Assembly: GCA_963696385.1 (NCBI GenBank)
Contig: CAVOKF010000008.1
Location: 320,001-384,000 of the forward strand
From: an uncultured delta proteobacterium
GTDB lineage: Bacteria; Myxococcota_A; Polyangia; Polyangiales; Polyangiaceae
Direction: 5' to 3'
DNA: 64,000 nucleotides
Shown: positions 19,946-32,252 of the stretch, piece after piece
Layout: the number at the start of each line of letters is the position of its first letter
How positions within the stretch are numbered: position 1 is the first letter of the stretch
Notes under the pieces: generated by a model
Database searches by the model: none
Seen by the model: the letters and a program-made list of their open reading frames with translations, nothing else
What the model was told of the DNA's origin: nothing
Position numbers and translations under genes: made by a program

Positions 19946-20319
19946 GCGCGGTTCCTCCCGGCCCATCGCCGACAAACAGCTCCCGTACGGGCCCGTGCGA
20001 AGGGAATTCGCCGCCGACCCGGGGATCGTGAATCCACGGCCATGGCCCGACTTCCGTGACTGATTCACGTGTGCGGCATCCACCGCAAATCGGACCGATC
20101 GAGCGATCGGTGGCGACATTCGCCGAGCGATTGCTCGAATTGCTTTGCACCCTAAAGCAGTCGAAATATCGCGGTCAATCCATCATCGAACTTTTTTTTG
20201 CGCTTTTCCATTATGGAACTCGTTTCGCGCCTTTAGATCGTTGGCGTGACAAACAATGTCCCTGCATGGAATCGCGAAAACGCGCCCGAGGGCGTCTCTC
20301 TTCGCCGGCGCCGCCCTCG

Positions 20320-20481
20320 CGCCGCGGGCCGCGCGGGGTCGGACGCAGGCCACGCCGCGGGCCGCGCGGGGTCGGACGCAGGCCACGCCGCAGGCCGCGC
20401 GGGGTCGGACGCGGGCCACGCCGCGGGCCGCGCGGGGTCGGACGCAGGCCACGCCGCAGGCCGCGCGGGGTCGGACGCGGG
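20320..20481. repeat. 33-bp tandem repeat, about 5 copies
   Basis: cgccgc(g/a)ggccgcgcggggtcggacgc(a/g)ggcca at 20320, 20353, 20386, 20419 and 20452 (partial); no spacers. Confidence 0.9.
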
Positions 20482-20587
20482 GTCGGTCTGAGCCGGACGC
20501 GGGCCACGACTTGCAGCGCGCCTCGGCGGACGCCTATGGTGCTGGCCCCCAGTACGCATGCCCGAAGCGCGCGACTCTCGACAGCCC

Positions 20588-21409
20588 ATGACACGCGACG
20601 TCGCGGCGCGGGGAGCCCGAATTCGATACGTCGAGGCGGGCGACGGTCCTCCGCTGGTGCTCGTTCACGACTACTTGTCGAGCCACGTGGCTTGGGACGA
20701 CGTCGTTCCACGACTGTCGGAACGGTTCCGAGTGATCGCTCCGGATCTGCCGGGCTTCGGCGAGAGCGAAAAGCCGCCGCCTAGCCGGTATCGGTACGAC
20801 TTCGAGGCGTTCTCGGAGTCCCTCGTCGATCTTTGCGCGGCCGTCGGGTTGGTGCGCGTCTCGCTTTGCGGACACGCGATGGGCGGATCGGTAGCCCTGA
20901 CACTCGCCGCGACGCAGGCCCACCTCGTCGACAAGCTGGTCCTCGTGAACCCGCTCGTCTATCCACCGAGACCCGACACGCTTTCGCGCATCGCCGGGTT
21001 GCCAATCGTCGGGCCCTTCATTTTCAAGCAGCTCTTTGGGCGCGCTTTGTTCCGCAGTCGCTTTTTGCCTCGAGTCCGGGGCGGCAACACCGCCCCGGCT
21101 CGGAGGGTCGACCACCTTTTCGAGCTTTTCGACGCGCCCGCCGCCCGAGAGGCGGCCTACGCCACGATGCGGGCCATGCGCGACACGCGACCGCTGACGG
21201 CCAGCATCCCTCGGATCACGACGCCGACGCTCGTGGCGTGGGGACGGGCCAACCGAGCCTGTCCCGTCGAACACGGCCGGCGCCTCGCGCGGGAGCTCGG
21301 CGGCGCGCGGTTCGAAGTGTTCGACTGTGGACCTTCGCCGGCGGAAGAATGCCCCGCGGCCTTCGCCGCTCGGGTGACGGCGTTCCTGACCGGCGGCGCC
21401 GGACACTGA
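20588..21409 (+). CDS. Alpha/beta-hydrolase-fold protein with substituted catalytic residues
   Basis: GDGPPLVLVH, FRVIAPDLPGFGES, GHAMGG, PTLVAWG. Confidence 0.88.
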   Translation: MTRDVAARGARIRYVEAGDGPPLVLVHDYLSSHVAWDDVVPRLSERFRVIAPDLPGFGESEKPPPSRYRYDFEAFSESLVDLCAAVGLVRVSLCGHAMGGSVALTLAATQAHLVDKLVLVNPLVYPPRPDTLSRIAGLPIVGPFIFKQLFGRALFRSRFLPRVRGGNTAPARRVDHLFELFDAPAAREAAYATMRAMRDTRPLTASIPRITTPTLVAWGRANRACPVEHGRRLARELGGARFEVFDCGPSPAEECPAAFAARVTAFLTGGAGH

Positions 21410-21482
21410 AGCCGAAACGGTACGTCGCGGCGCTCTCGGCCCCGTGGCCGCCATGGGCCGGACCCCTGCCCTGCACGCCAGG

Positions 21483-23717
21483 TCATCGGCCGGCCAGCGC
21501 GCGGCAGTCGCTGACGTTCGCCGTCCGAGCTTGCTCGACGCAGTGGCGGTAGGCCTCCTGTGCGGCGATCAGGTTGCCGGTCGCCTGAAACGCAGCACCG
21601 AGGGTCAGCCAACCATCGGCGTCCTCCGGATTGGCTCGGACCGCTTGCCGGGCCAGATCCATGGCCCGCTCGGTCGCACCGAGGGCCAACGCGTGATTCG
21701 CATCTCGCACGAGCGTGGCGCTCGCCGTCACCGGTGCGGGCGAGGTGTCGACCGGGCTGGGCTGGACCTCGGCGGCACGCGGCATCCCCCCGGGGTTGAT
21801 CGGGGCCGCCGCCCGGTGAGGCGTCTCCGCCGCGGGCGGAACCTCCGAGGCTTCCGGTGCGACAGACAGGTCTTCCGGCGCAAGGGCCGCCGGGGAGGCG
21901 CTTGCGGCGGCCGGGGCCTGCGAGCCACTCGGTTCCGGCGGCTGCGACGCAACCGGCCTCGCAGGATCGGCCGGCCATGCGATGGTCGTTCGGGAACGAG
22001 CCTGATCGGCGGCGGCTTGCTGACGGGCCTGGAGCGTCCGGAGGCCCGCCACGACCGCCAGCAACGACGCGAGGCCCAGAGCGCCGAGTACGGCCCACTT
22101 GGTCTTGCCGCTGAGCCGACGCGGGACCCCTGCGACGTGCTCGTCGGGGGCGCGGGGGTCGCGGTGGTAAGCGACGGCGGCGACCGGCGGCGGCTGCTCC
22201 GACTCGGCGTCGAACCATGCGGAGTCGCCCAGCGCGGGCTCGTCCAGTCCGGGCGCCCCCGCATCCGAGGCCATGGCAGGGACCGGGCCCGGCGCCGCAT
22301 CGGGCGGATGCGCGTCAAGCGCCGTCGCCGCTTGTTCGCGTCGTTTCGGGGGGGCCGCGGCAGCCACGGGAGCCGCGGCAGGCGCAGAAGCCACGGCCGG
22401 CTCCAGAGGCACGAGAGCCAGCGACGGCGCCGGCGGCACGCGAGGCGCGGCAGCCGCGGCGCCATTGAAGGACGCGGGCCCCGCCGCGGCGGCCGGATGG
22501 GCCGAAACGGCGACGGACGGGTCCACGAACGACGGACCCGCAAAGGGTTCGACCCGGGTACCGAAGGCGAGCACCGCAGCGGCCCGATCGGCGGGCGCTT
22601 CGACCGCGGGCGGCGGTGGCCGCGCCGATGCCGGTTCGGAGGCGGGAACCACGGCCATATCGCCGCTCGACGGACCGTTCGGCCTGACGAGGTCGCGAAC
22701 GACCGTCGCCTCCACGTATCCTTCGTCGACCGCGGGCAACGGGACATCGACCTCGGGGGGTGAGTCGGGTTTCGGAACGAGCAAACCCTCGAAGTAAAGC
22801 TTCGTGATGGTCGACAACGTCGACAAATCCTCGAACGGCGAATCATCGACCACGTCGGCCAACGACCGGCCCGAGTCGAACAGCCGGAGTATGCCGTTGA
22901 GTTCGTCGGGAATCTCGTTCAAGCGCTCCAAGAGCTGCCGGTGGTCGATCTGGAACACCGTCGAAAGCGGCGGCAGCTGCTCGCAAAGTCGGCCCCATTC
23001 GTCGACCCGACGCATGCCTTCCATCAGGGTCGCTTGGGTGGACCCGCCGATCACGTCCTCGTTCGCAATGGGTCGGAACTCGACCTCGAAGGCCGCCTCG
23101 TTCCAAATGAGCGCGCGATAGATGGCTTCCTCCCCGCGCAAGCGTCCGAGCTCGGCATCGACCACCTTGCCATCGCGGAAGTAGATGCGAGCCTCGTGCG
23201 CGCCTCCGCGCAGGTTCACCACCCCGCTTTTGCGCGAGACTTCGAACGTCTGCAGCAGATCGACGACGGCCATGTCCTGCGTAGACCCGGTGAAGCGCGT
23301 CCGTCCCGACGGGGTCGCCTTGGTGGCCGCGATGTTTTCCTGCGTTCGCCGAGCGAGCAGAAGGTTGACGCGTGCGATGAGCTCGCGCACGAATATCGGT
23401 TTGGTCAGGTAGTCTTCGACCCCGAGCTCGAGTCCTCGAATCTTGTCCTCGATCGACTTTTGGCTGGTTAGAAATACGATGGGAATCGAAGCCCACTCCG
23501 GCCGCTCTTTGAGCTTTCGCACGAGCGTGTAGCCGTCGAGTTTCGGCAAGCGCGTGTCGGTCAGCACGAGGTCGGGCGTGAGCGACTCGATCTTCGCGAG
23601 CGCGTCGAGGCCATCGATCGCAGTGGTCACGCTGTAGCCCGCCTTCTTCAGGCTGACTTCGAGGACGCGGACGCTCCGCGGATCGGCGTCGACGAGGAGC
23701 AGCTTCTGCTTGGCCAC
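21483..23717 (-). CDS. Response regulator: REC + DUF4388/PATAN-like domain + Pro/Ala linker + TM + C-terminal TPR
   Basis: Receiver motifs (LLVDAD, LTDTRLP, DYLTKP); [69 protein letters not shown]. Confidence 0.85.
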   Translation of the reverse strand: MAKQKLLLVDADPRSVRVLEVSLKKAGYSVTTAIDGLDALAKIESLTPDLVLTDTRLPKLDGYTLVRKLKERPEWASIPIVFLTSQKSIEDKIRGLELGVEDYLTKPIFVRELIARVNLLLARRTQENIAATKATPSGRTRFTGSTQDMAVVDLLQTFEVSRKSGVVNLRGGAHEARIYFRDGKVVDAELGRLRGEEAIYRALIWNEAAFEVEFRPIANEDVIGGSTQATLMEGMRRVDEWGRLCEQLPPLSTVFQIDHRQLLERLNEIPDELNGILRLFDSGRSLADVVDDSPFEDLSTLSTITKLYFEGLLVPKPDSPPEVDVPLPAVDEGYVEATVVRDLVRPNGPSSGDMAVVPASEPASARPPPPAVEAPADRAAAVLAFGTRVEPFAGPSFVDPSVAVSAHPAAAAGPASFNGAAAAAPRVPPAPSLALVPLEPAVASAPAAAPVAAAAPPKRREQAATALDAHPPDAAPGPVPAMASDAGAPGLDEPALGDSAWFDAESEQPPPVAAVAYHRDPRAPDEHVAGVPRRLSGKTKWAVLGALGLASLLAVVAGLRTLQARQQAAADQARSRTTIAWPADPARPVASQPPEPSGSQAPAAASASPAALAPEDLSVAPEASEVPPAAETPHRAAAPINPGGMPRAAEVQPSPVDTSPAPVTASATLVRDANHALALGATERAMDLARQAVRANPEDADGWLTLGAAFQATGNLIAAQEAYRHCVEQARTANVSDCRALAGR

Positions 23718-23793
23718 GGGCTAGGGCTAGAGCATGGAAGGCTGGTGGCAACGGTGTCAAGCGGAGGGACCGGGGGCCGTGCGCGGCGGCGGG

Positions 23794-25368
<1,575 letters not shown>

Positions 25369-25471
25369 GCGCAGGTTAGCTCACACCCGAGGCCCAATCG
25401 GCGCATCGGAAAAGGGAACGTCGCGACCGCACGATTTCGGCTCCGCCGGAAAGGGAGCGACCCAACGCGGT

Positions 25472-26614
25472 ATGCTGAGGATCGTGGAGTTGCCCATCGA
25501 CGTCGACAAGCTCTCGCCGGTTGCCCGAAAGATTTTGGCACCCGCCGCCCCAGGCCCGATGCGGCAAATGGCGGCCAAGGGGCTCGCCCCGGGCCTGAAA
25601 CCAGGCGATGCGCTGACGGTCATCGTAGTCCTGTCGGAGTCGACCGACTCGGCGCTCGCGGCAGCGGCGAAGGCCACGCTGGACGCTCTGCCGGCGCCGC
25701 TCTTGGGCGGTGCGCTGGCGGGGGACCTCGCGCCGGGCGTGATCGCCGCGGTAGCCCTTCGCTACGTACATAACCACGCGGTGATGGAGAAGATCTTGGC
25801 TCATCCGGCCATTTCCCCGGATACCGTCGCGGCGATCGCGACCGATGCGAGCGAGCTCGTGGCCGAGCTCGTGGCGACCAACGAACAGAAGCTGCTCGCG
25901 AATCCGCTGATCATCGAGAAGCTTTACATGAACAAGGCGACGCGGATGTCGACCGCGGATCGCATCCTCGAGCTGGCAGTCCGCAACAAGATCGAGCTTC
26001 AGGGAATTCCCGCTTACAAGGAGGCGGCGGCGGCGATCGGCCAGGAACTCATCGCCGAACCCACCCCAGAGCCCACGCCCGACGACATTCACTTCATCGA
26101 AACGGCCGCCGTCGCGGATCAAACGCCGGTGAACCCGGAGCTCGAAGACACGCATCGTCTCGACGAAGAGACGGGCGACGAAGTGGTCGAGGATCGGTTT
26201 CTTCCTCTGAACGCCCGCCTGGCGATGATGACGATTTCGCAAAAGATCCGCCGCGCCATGCTGGGGACCGCGAGCGAGCGCCTGCTTCTGGTCCGTGACT
26301 CGAACCGGCTCGTCGCTCAAGCGGCCATCAAGAGCCCGGCCATTCAAGAAAACGAAGTCGTGCGCATCAGCGGCAGCCGCAACGTCTCGGAGGACGTGCT
26401 GCGAACGATTGCGCTAGACCGAGAATGGACGCGAGCCCATCAAATCAAGCTGAACCTCGTACAGAACCCTCGCACGCCCTTTGCGTTCGCGGCACGACTC
26501 GTCCAGCATCTGCGCGAGCACGAGCTCAAGGCACTGGCGCGAAGCAAGAACGTCACGGGAGCCATCGCTACCGCAGCCCGACAGCAGCTCGCACGACGCA
26601 CCATGCCGGACTGA
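25472..26614 (+). CDS. Hypothetical helical-repeat (LRV/HEAT-like) protein
   Basis: Strong codon bias; ILAHPAIS, LLANPLII, LVRDSNRLV, LVQNPRTP repeats. Confidence 0.8.
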   Translation: MLRIVELPIDVDKLSPVARKILAPAAPGPMRQMAAKGLAPGLKPGDALTVIVVLSESTDSALAAAAKATLDALPAPLLGGALAGDLAPGVIAAVALRYVHNHAVMEKILAHPAISPDTVAAIATDASELVAELVATNEQKLLANPLIIEKLYMNKATRMSTADRILELAVRNKIELQGIPAYKEAAAAIGQELIAEPTPEPTPDDIHFIETAAVADQTPVNPELEDTHRLDEETGDEVVEDRFLPLNARLAMMTISQKIRRAMLGTASERLLLVRDSNRLVAQAAIKSPAIQENEVVRISGSRNVSEDVLRTIALDREWTRAHQIKLNLVQNPRTPFAFAARLVQHLREHELKALARSKNVTGAIATAARQQLARRTMPD

Positions 26615-26777
26615 GCGTGCGGCTGAGAGCCTCGGGTGACGGCCGGCCGCGGCTCTTCCATCGGCGTCCGCACACGGGCGCAGCATGTGATGCGCCGGGG
26701 GGGCATCGACGGAAAAGGGGGTCCGTATTGGCAGCGCCATCCTTAATCGGACTGAACGAAGCCCGTATGATCGGCTC

Positions 26778-28223
26778 GTGCGGATAGGCATCGGGTTGCT
26801 CGTCGCGGCGGTCATCGGCTTGCCTTCCGTCGTGCTGGCCGGGTCCGGTTCTCTCGACGGCGCGGCCATCGTCCGGGGCGCCGGACGGGTCAAGCTCGAC
26901 GGGGCTCACGAGTGGCGCGACACGTCGACCGCCGACATCCTGCCCACGGGCATTACCGTCGAAGCCGCGAGCGAGCAGCCCCTCGAGATGACGTTGCCCG
27001 ATGGCGTCACCGTCACGCTCGAACCGCGAGCGCTGGCGCGTTGGATGCCTGGCGGCAAGTTGCCGAGCGAGATCAACCACTGGACGCACGGGTACCACTT
27101 GCTGCTCGAAGAGGGGGAACTCGAGGTTCGTATGCCACCGGGGCAGAAGGGGGCCCACGCATTCCTCGTCTCGACGAAGGCCGGAACGCTGACCGACTGG
27201 CGCGGGCAGTTGCACGTGAGCGTCCACCGCGACGCAACCTCGGCCGCAATCTACGAGGGCGCCCTGGTCGTTGGATCGAACGGTCAAGGGTTTCCCGTCT
27301 ACGACGGCGCGGGCATTCTCATGCGACGCGGTGTCAACCCCGACAAGACTCGAGGGATCCCGGCATCGCCGCAATGGAGCGCGACGAGCGGCGGCTTCGC
27401 CATCATGGCGAGCGACGCAGAGGCCCCCGTCGATTTGACCTGGAGCCCCGTTGCCAAGGCAGCCGAGTACCGGGTCGAGGTCGCCCTGGATCCCAGCATG
27501 GTTCGGGTGACCGAGCGCGCCGTGACCCGAGAGCCCCACTTCACGACGACGCCTCAGAGCGCGTCCGGGCCTCGATGGGTGCATGTCCGAGCGGTCGGGA
27601 CAGAAGGGATCGTCGGCGCCTGGTCGGCTCCCCGGGCATTGCGTGTGATCCGCTACAAAATGCCGCAGGACGCGTTCGTGGCGCGCGACGGCGCGATCGT
27701 CTTGGCCAAGGGCGAGCGTCTCGCGCTGCAGGACGCCGAGGGGATCGAGGTCGCATCCGAGAGCGTACGCGACCTCGCGCCCCGGTTCGCTGTGCCGCTC
27801 TATTGGGGCCGACTGAGCGGCCCATTGCCGCTCGCCGAAGACGCACCGCTACGGATCGTTCACTTGCGCGACCCGGTGCTCGGCGCGGAGGCGCAGTTGG
27901 TTCTTGCCCGTCGCGAGCTGCGTGCCGACGTGGCGCTCGCGCCAACGAACGCGCGGTGGCCGGCCGACCCCATCGACGCACGCGTCGAGGTGCGCGATCC
28001 GTCCGGTCGAATCGACGTTTCGAGCGAGAACGTCACCGTCGAGACCACCCTCGATTTGACCCCCCTCGGGGTTCGTTGGCAACGGGTGGGCAACACCTGG
28101 CGCGGGCGCATCGACCCCCGTCTCATCGGCGATCCCTCCGTCGTGCGGGTCGTCGTTCGGGACTCGCGCGGTTCCGAAATCGGCCGCGGCTTCGTGGAGC
28201 TCGAACCGGTGGCTCTCAAGTAG
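26778..28223 (+). CDS. Exported protein with FecR-like N-terminal and FN3-like domains
   Basis: Signal peptide; LPDGVTVTLEP..LLLEEGEL..IYEGALVV (FecR-like); LTWSPV..EYRVEVA..VRAV..G..GAWS (FN3-like). Confidence 0.65.
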   Translation: MRIGIGLLVAAVIGLPSVVLAGSGSLDGAAIVRGAGRVKLDGAHEWRDTSTADILPTGITVEAASEQPLEMTLPDGVTVTLEPRALARWMPGGKLPSEINHWTHGYHLLLEEGELEVRMPPGQKGAHAFLVSTKAGTLTDWRGQLHVSVHRDATSAAIYEGALVVGSNGQGFPVYDGAGILMRRGVNPDKTRGIPASPQWSATSGGFAIMASDAEAPVDLTWSPVAKAAEYRVEVALDPSMVRVTERAVTREPHFTTTPQSASGPRWVHVRAVGTEGIVGAWSAPRALRVIRYKMPQDAFVARDGAIVLAKGERLALQDAEGIEVASESVRDLAPRFAVPLYWGRLSGPLPLAEDAPLRIVHLRDPVLGAEAQLVLARRELRADVALAPTNARWPADPIDARVEVRDPSGRIDVSSENVTVETTLDLTPLGVRWQRVGNTWRGRIDPRLIGDPSVVRVVVRDSRGSEIGRGFVELEPVALK

Positions 28224-28296
28224 CCGATCGGCCCTGCCTTCCTGCTGAGCTTTCGGAGCGTTTCCGTTTCGGTGCCTTTATCGTACGTTCGTTGCC

Positions 28297-30993
28297 ATGG
28301 TCCGCTGCCTTCGCTGCGCTTGCCTTTGCGAGGAGGCCCATGCGTATTGCTTCGCATGCGGTGGCGAGCTGCTCGATTCGGCGCGTGCGACGCCCCAAGA
28401 CACGCTCGTCGGCCGCGAGCTACCCGGCGGATATCGAATCACGTGCCTCATCGGCGTCGGGGGCATGGGACGCGTTTACTGTGCCGAGCAGATCGCCCTC
28501 GGGCGCCTGGTCGCCGTCAAAGTCGTGCACCCGGAGTTCGCCGACGACGAGCTCGCCGCCGCGCGCTTCGTCAACGAGGCGCGAACCGCCAGCCGCTTGA
28601 ATCACCCGAATTCAGTCGCCATTTTCGATTTCGGCATGACGCAAGACGGTCTGCCCTACATCGTCATGGAATACCTGAAAGGTCAGGATCTCGGACGCCT
28701 GGCCCACGCGCGGACCGCATTGCCCTTGAGGCGAATCGTCGACATCCTGCGCCAGACTCTCGCCGCGCTCGACGAGGCCCATGCACTCGGCATCGTCCAC
28801 CGAGACCTCAAGCCCGACAACATCGTGCTCGAGCCGCTGCGGTCCGGCCTCGACATGGTCAAGGTCGTCGACTTCGGGTTGGCCAAGGTCGTCCGCGGCG
28901 ACATCCCCTCCCCGCCCAGGTTCGTGAGCCTTCCCGGTCTGGTGTGCGGCACCCCGGAGTACATGAGCCCCGAGCAGGCTCGAGGCCTTGCACTCGACGG
29001 TCGCAGCGATCTCTACGCGTTGGGCATCGTGCTCTACGAGTTGCTCACAGGGTGCCTGCCGTTTGCCGGCGATGGACCTGCGGGGACGCTGATGCTGCAC
29101 CTGACGGAGCTCGCGATCGATCCGCGCACCATCGCGCCCGAACGGGCCATCCCGGCCGCGTTCGCCGAGGTGGCCATGCACGCCATCGCCAAGTCCCCCG
29201 AAGACCGATTTCAGACGGCGCGCGCCTTCTCGGAGGCGCTGGAGAATGCGCTCTTCGACAGCGAAGGCGGGCACGGCGTCGCCTCGGCACCCCCGACGCC
29301 GATCCGATGCGAACGGTGCGGCGGGACGAGCGCCGTAAGCCAGAAGTTTTGCGGGGGGTGCGGAGCGTCGATGGCCTGGACGGAGCGCGATGCCTACGGA
29401 CCGACCGTACCGCCGCCCGCGTCCGGGTCGGGCGACACGCACACACGCGCGACGTCACCCGCGCACGAGGCGGTGGTGGCTTCCCGACGGTCGGCCTTGC
29501 CCCTGCTGTCGCGAGAAGACGCCATCCGATGGTTCGAAGCCCGACGTGAAGATTCGGCAGTTCTGCCGGCCGCAGCGCACCTGGTCGGCGAAGCTGGGAT
29601 GGGCAAGACGCGGCTTTTGGACTCGATGGCCGCTCGTTGGTCGTCGCGAGGCGACCTCGTCGTCACGGTCGGCACCAATCCGAGCTGGGCGAAGGTCGGC
29701 GACCACGCGGTGAGACAAGCCGTCCGCGCCCTGGCCGGCTTGGCCGATGGCCCATCCGGCGTGAACGAATGGAGCCACGCGAGCTCGCAAGCGGCTCAGG
29801 GTCTCGATGAGATCTTCGGGACACCGGGCCGATCCCGCCGGCCGCCTGCCGAGCGACGCCTCGTCGTGGCCGAGGCGTTGCGCTGGAGTCTCGAGCGGGC
29901 GGCCGAGCGCGCCGGACGTGCGCGTGTCGTTCTGGCCGTCGACGATCTCGATTTCATCGACGGCACGAGCCGCAACGCCTTCGGCGATCTGCTGGCCGAA
30001 CCGCCACCCGTGCCCGCGCTCATCGTCGTGACGTACACGACCGGAACGCGTCCCGTTGGAGACCCCGTCGCCGGTGAAGTCTGGCGACTGCAGCCGCTGC
30101 CGTACGAATCCTTCGCTCACGAGTTTTCGACGCGAACCCTCGTGCCTCACGTTGCGCTCTCGCCGCTTCACGTCGAGCAGCTGCTGGCGTGGGCGGGAGA
30201 ATGCAACGAGCCTCCGCCCGAGCGGCTGGTGGAAATCATTGCGGCTCGCGCCGAGCGACTGCCGCGCGACGCACGCCACGCGCTGCAGGCCATGGCCGTC
30301 TGGGGAGACGCCGTCGGCCGGGACCTGCTGCAAGAGCTTCTGCCCGCGACGGTCGAAGTCGAATCGGCACTGGAGGCGCTGCATCGAGCCGGCATCGCAC
30401 GTGCCGTGGACGGCGGATTTCAAATTGCGCACCCGCTCGTTCGGAGCGTCGTCTTTTCGACGACCCCCGCCGGTCGAAAGCGAGAGCTCTTTGCGCGCGC
30501 CGCGGAGCTCTGCCCCGATGCCCCGTTGGAGGTGCGCGCGCGACAGGCCGTGCACGCCGGCAGCGCCCTGGAGGCGTTGGCCCTACTGGATGCGCTCAGC
30601 GCAGAGCGCGCCGCAAACGCGGATCTCGCAGGCAGCGTCAGCGCTCTGCGTCAAGCGTTGGACGTCGCCCGACGCGAGCTGCACCGCGGCGAGCTCGACG
30701 ACCCGACGGACGCGGTGCTCGTATTCGCGCGAAAGCTCGCCGAAGCGCTCGGAGCCTCTCAACGGTGGTCCGACGCCGAGGGCATCTTGAACGAGGCTCT
30801 CGGCACCGCCGCCCCTGCAAGCGGCCATCGAGCTCACCTGCTCGGCGCCCTGGCTCGAGTCGCAAATGCCCGCGCCCATCCGCGCGAGGCTCGACGGTAT
30901 CTCGACGAAGCGATGCGTGTCGCGCGCCAGTCGGACGCGCGTGAACTGCTCCCCATCCTGGAGCAACTCGACAAATCCATCGCCGTCGCTTGA
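28297..30993 (+). CDS. Ser/Thr kinase with zinc ribbons, P-loop NTPase and TPR-like C-terminus
   Basis: GVGGMGRVY, VAVK, HRDLKPDN, DFG, GTPEYMSPE; CERC..CGGC; GEAGMGKT; LAVDDLD. Confidence 0.9.
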   Translation: MVRCLRCACLCEEAHAYCFACGGELLDSARATPQDTLVGRELPGGYRITCLIGVGGMGRVYCAEQIALGRLVAVKVVHPEFADDELAAARFVNEARTASRLNHPNSVAIFDFGMTQDGLPYIVMEYLKGQDLGRLAHARTALPLRRIVDILRQTLAALDEAHALGIVHRDLKPDNIVLEPLRSGLDMVKVVDFGLAKVVRGDIPSPPRFVSLPGLVCGTPEYMSPEQARGLALDGRSDLYALGIVLYELLTGCLPFAGDGPAGTLMLHLTELAIDPRTIAPERAIPAAFAEVAMHAIAKSPEDRFQTARAFSEALENALFDSEGGHGVASAPPTPIRCERCGGTSAVSQKFCGGCGASMAWTERDAYGPTVPPPASGSGDTHTRATSPAHEAVVASRRSALPLLSREDAIRWFEARREDSAVLPAAAHLVGEAGMGKTRLLDSMAARWSSRGDLVVTVGTNPSWAKVGDHAVRQAVRALAGLADGPSGVNEWSHASSQAAQGLDEIFGTPGRSRRPPAERRLVVAEALRWSLERAAERAGRARVVLAVDDLDFIDGTSRNAFGDLLAEPPPVPALIVVTYTTGTRPVGDPVAGEVWRLQPLPYESFAHEFSTRTLVPHVALSPLHVEQLLAWAGECNEPPPERLVEIIAARAERLPRDARHALQAMAVWGDAVGRDLLQELLPATVEVESALEALHRAGIARAVDGGFQIAHPLVRSVVFSTTPAGRKRELFARAAELCPDAPLEVRARQAVHAGSALEALALLDALSAERAANADLAGSVSALRQALDVARRELHRGELDDPTDAVLVFARKLAEALGASQRWSDAEGILNEALGTAAPASGHRAHLLGALARVANARAHPREARRYLDEAMRVARQSDARELLPILEQLDKSIAVA

Positions 30994-31073
30994 GGGTGCT
31001 TCGGTCAATCCCCCGGTTCGATTCGCCAGCCTAAAGTAAGCGATTCGAGAGGTCGTTAAAGCGCGTAACGACC

Positions 31074-32252
31074 ATGGGGACAAAAGTGGGGACGGGTGCG
31101 TCGGCGTTCAGCACGGCGAAGATCGCGGTGGCGGAGGCGGTCCGCAAGGCCTATGTGGGCCTCGGCGGCGCCAAACCAAACTTTGGATTTCGATTTGCAT
31201 CTCCGGACCTCGCGCTTGCCGATTTGCTGGCGATCGCGCGCGACATCACGCAGGCCGAGATCGTGGGCTGTACGAGCGCCGGTGAAATCACCGAAGCCGG
31301 TCTGACCCACGGCGGGATCGCCATCATGCTGGTCGCCTCCGACGCGACGACCGACGTGCGGTTCGCCACAGGCCTCAAAGCCGATCCCGAGAAGGTCGCC
31401 CGAGAGCTCTCTTCGAACCTTGCGGCGACGAAGAAAGCAGCGGCCCCGTACGACCGCCGGAACCTCACGACGGTCCTTTTGACCGATGGTCTGGCCGGCA
31501 CGGGGGAGCGACTCGTCAACGAGCTGTACGAACGTCGCGTCCAAAGCGGCACCCAGATCGTGGGGGGTGCCGCGGGCGACGAGGGTCGCTTCGCGGCGAC
31601 CTGGGTCGGTTCTGGGGCCGGTGCGGCTTCGGACTCTGCGGTCGCGTTGCACATTTTCAGCGAGTTGCCCTGGGGGATCGGGGTCGACCACGGTCTACGG
31701 CCCACCACGAAGCAAATGCGCGTCACGATGGCGGAGGGCAATGTCGTCCAGGAGATCGACGGGCAACCTGCGTTCGCGGCCTACCAGAAGCATGCGGCGG
31801 CGAGAAATGTGCGCCTGACGCCCGAGAACGCGAGTCCCTATCTGATCGCCAACGAGCTCGGCGTTCACTTCTTCGAGCGAATCGGCCGCGCGCGAGCGCC
31901 GCTCTCGGTGGGCCCCAACGGATCGCTCGTATGCGCGGCCGAGGTCCCGAAGGGATCGATGGTGAGCATCCTCGACGGGGAAGCGGACAGTATGATCCTC
32001 GCCGCGCAAGCGGCGGCCAAGGCCGCCCGCAAGAGCGTCCGTGGGCCGGTGGCCGGGGTGTTGCTTTTCGACTGCGTGTGCCGCGGCATGATTCTGAAGG
32101 ACGCGTTTCGGCAGGAGGTGGAGGCCATTCGCACGACCTTCCCGGGCGCCCCCATCGCGGGTCTACTCACCTACGGCGAGATCGCCCGCAGCCACGACCG
32201 GATCAACGGGTGGAACAACACGACCGCCGTGGTCGTCGCGATCCCGGCTTGA
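31074..32252 (+). CDS. FIST N/C domain sensory protein (NosP-like)
   Basis: VGCTSAGEI, LTDGL, GGAAGD, EIDGQPA, FDCVCR, TYGEI, NNTT. Confidence 0.9.
   Translation: MGTKVGTGASAFSTAKIAVAEAVRKAYVGLGGAKPNFGFRFASPDLALADLLAIARDITQAEIVGCTSAGEITEAGLTHGGIAIMLVASDATTDVRFATGLKADPEKVARELSSNLAATKKAAAPYDRRNLTTVLLTDGLAGTGERLVNELYERRVQSGTQIVGGAAGDEGRFAATWVGSGAGAASDSAVALHIFSELPWGIGVDHGLRPTTKQMRVTMAEGNVVQEIDGQPAFAAYQKHAAARNVRLTPENASPYLIANELGVHFFERIGRARAPLSVGPNGSLVCAAEVPKGSMVSILDGEADSMILAAQAAAKAARKSVRGPVAGVLLFDCVCRGMILKDAFRQEVEAIRTTFPGAPIAGLLTYGEIARSHDRINGWNNTTAVVVAIPA

Noticed and set aside
20320..20481. 33-bp repeats as a CRISPR array
   Set aside because: Units are directly adjacent with no unique spacers, and there are no cas genes in the window
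20246..20491. Small ORF with AAGRAGSDAGH repeats
   Set aside because: All frames are open across the stop-free VNTR; no RBS or independent coding evidence
31010..31030. ccccggttcgattcgcc as a tRNA remnant or att site bounding an island at tRNA-Pro
   Set aside because: The T-stem does not pair, it does not match the tRNA-Pro 3' end, and no integrase is present
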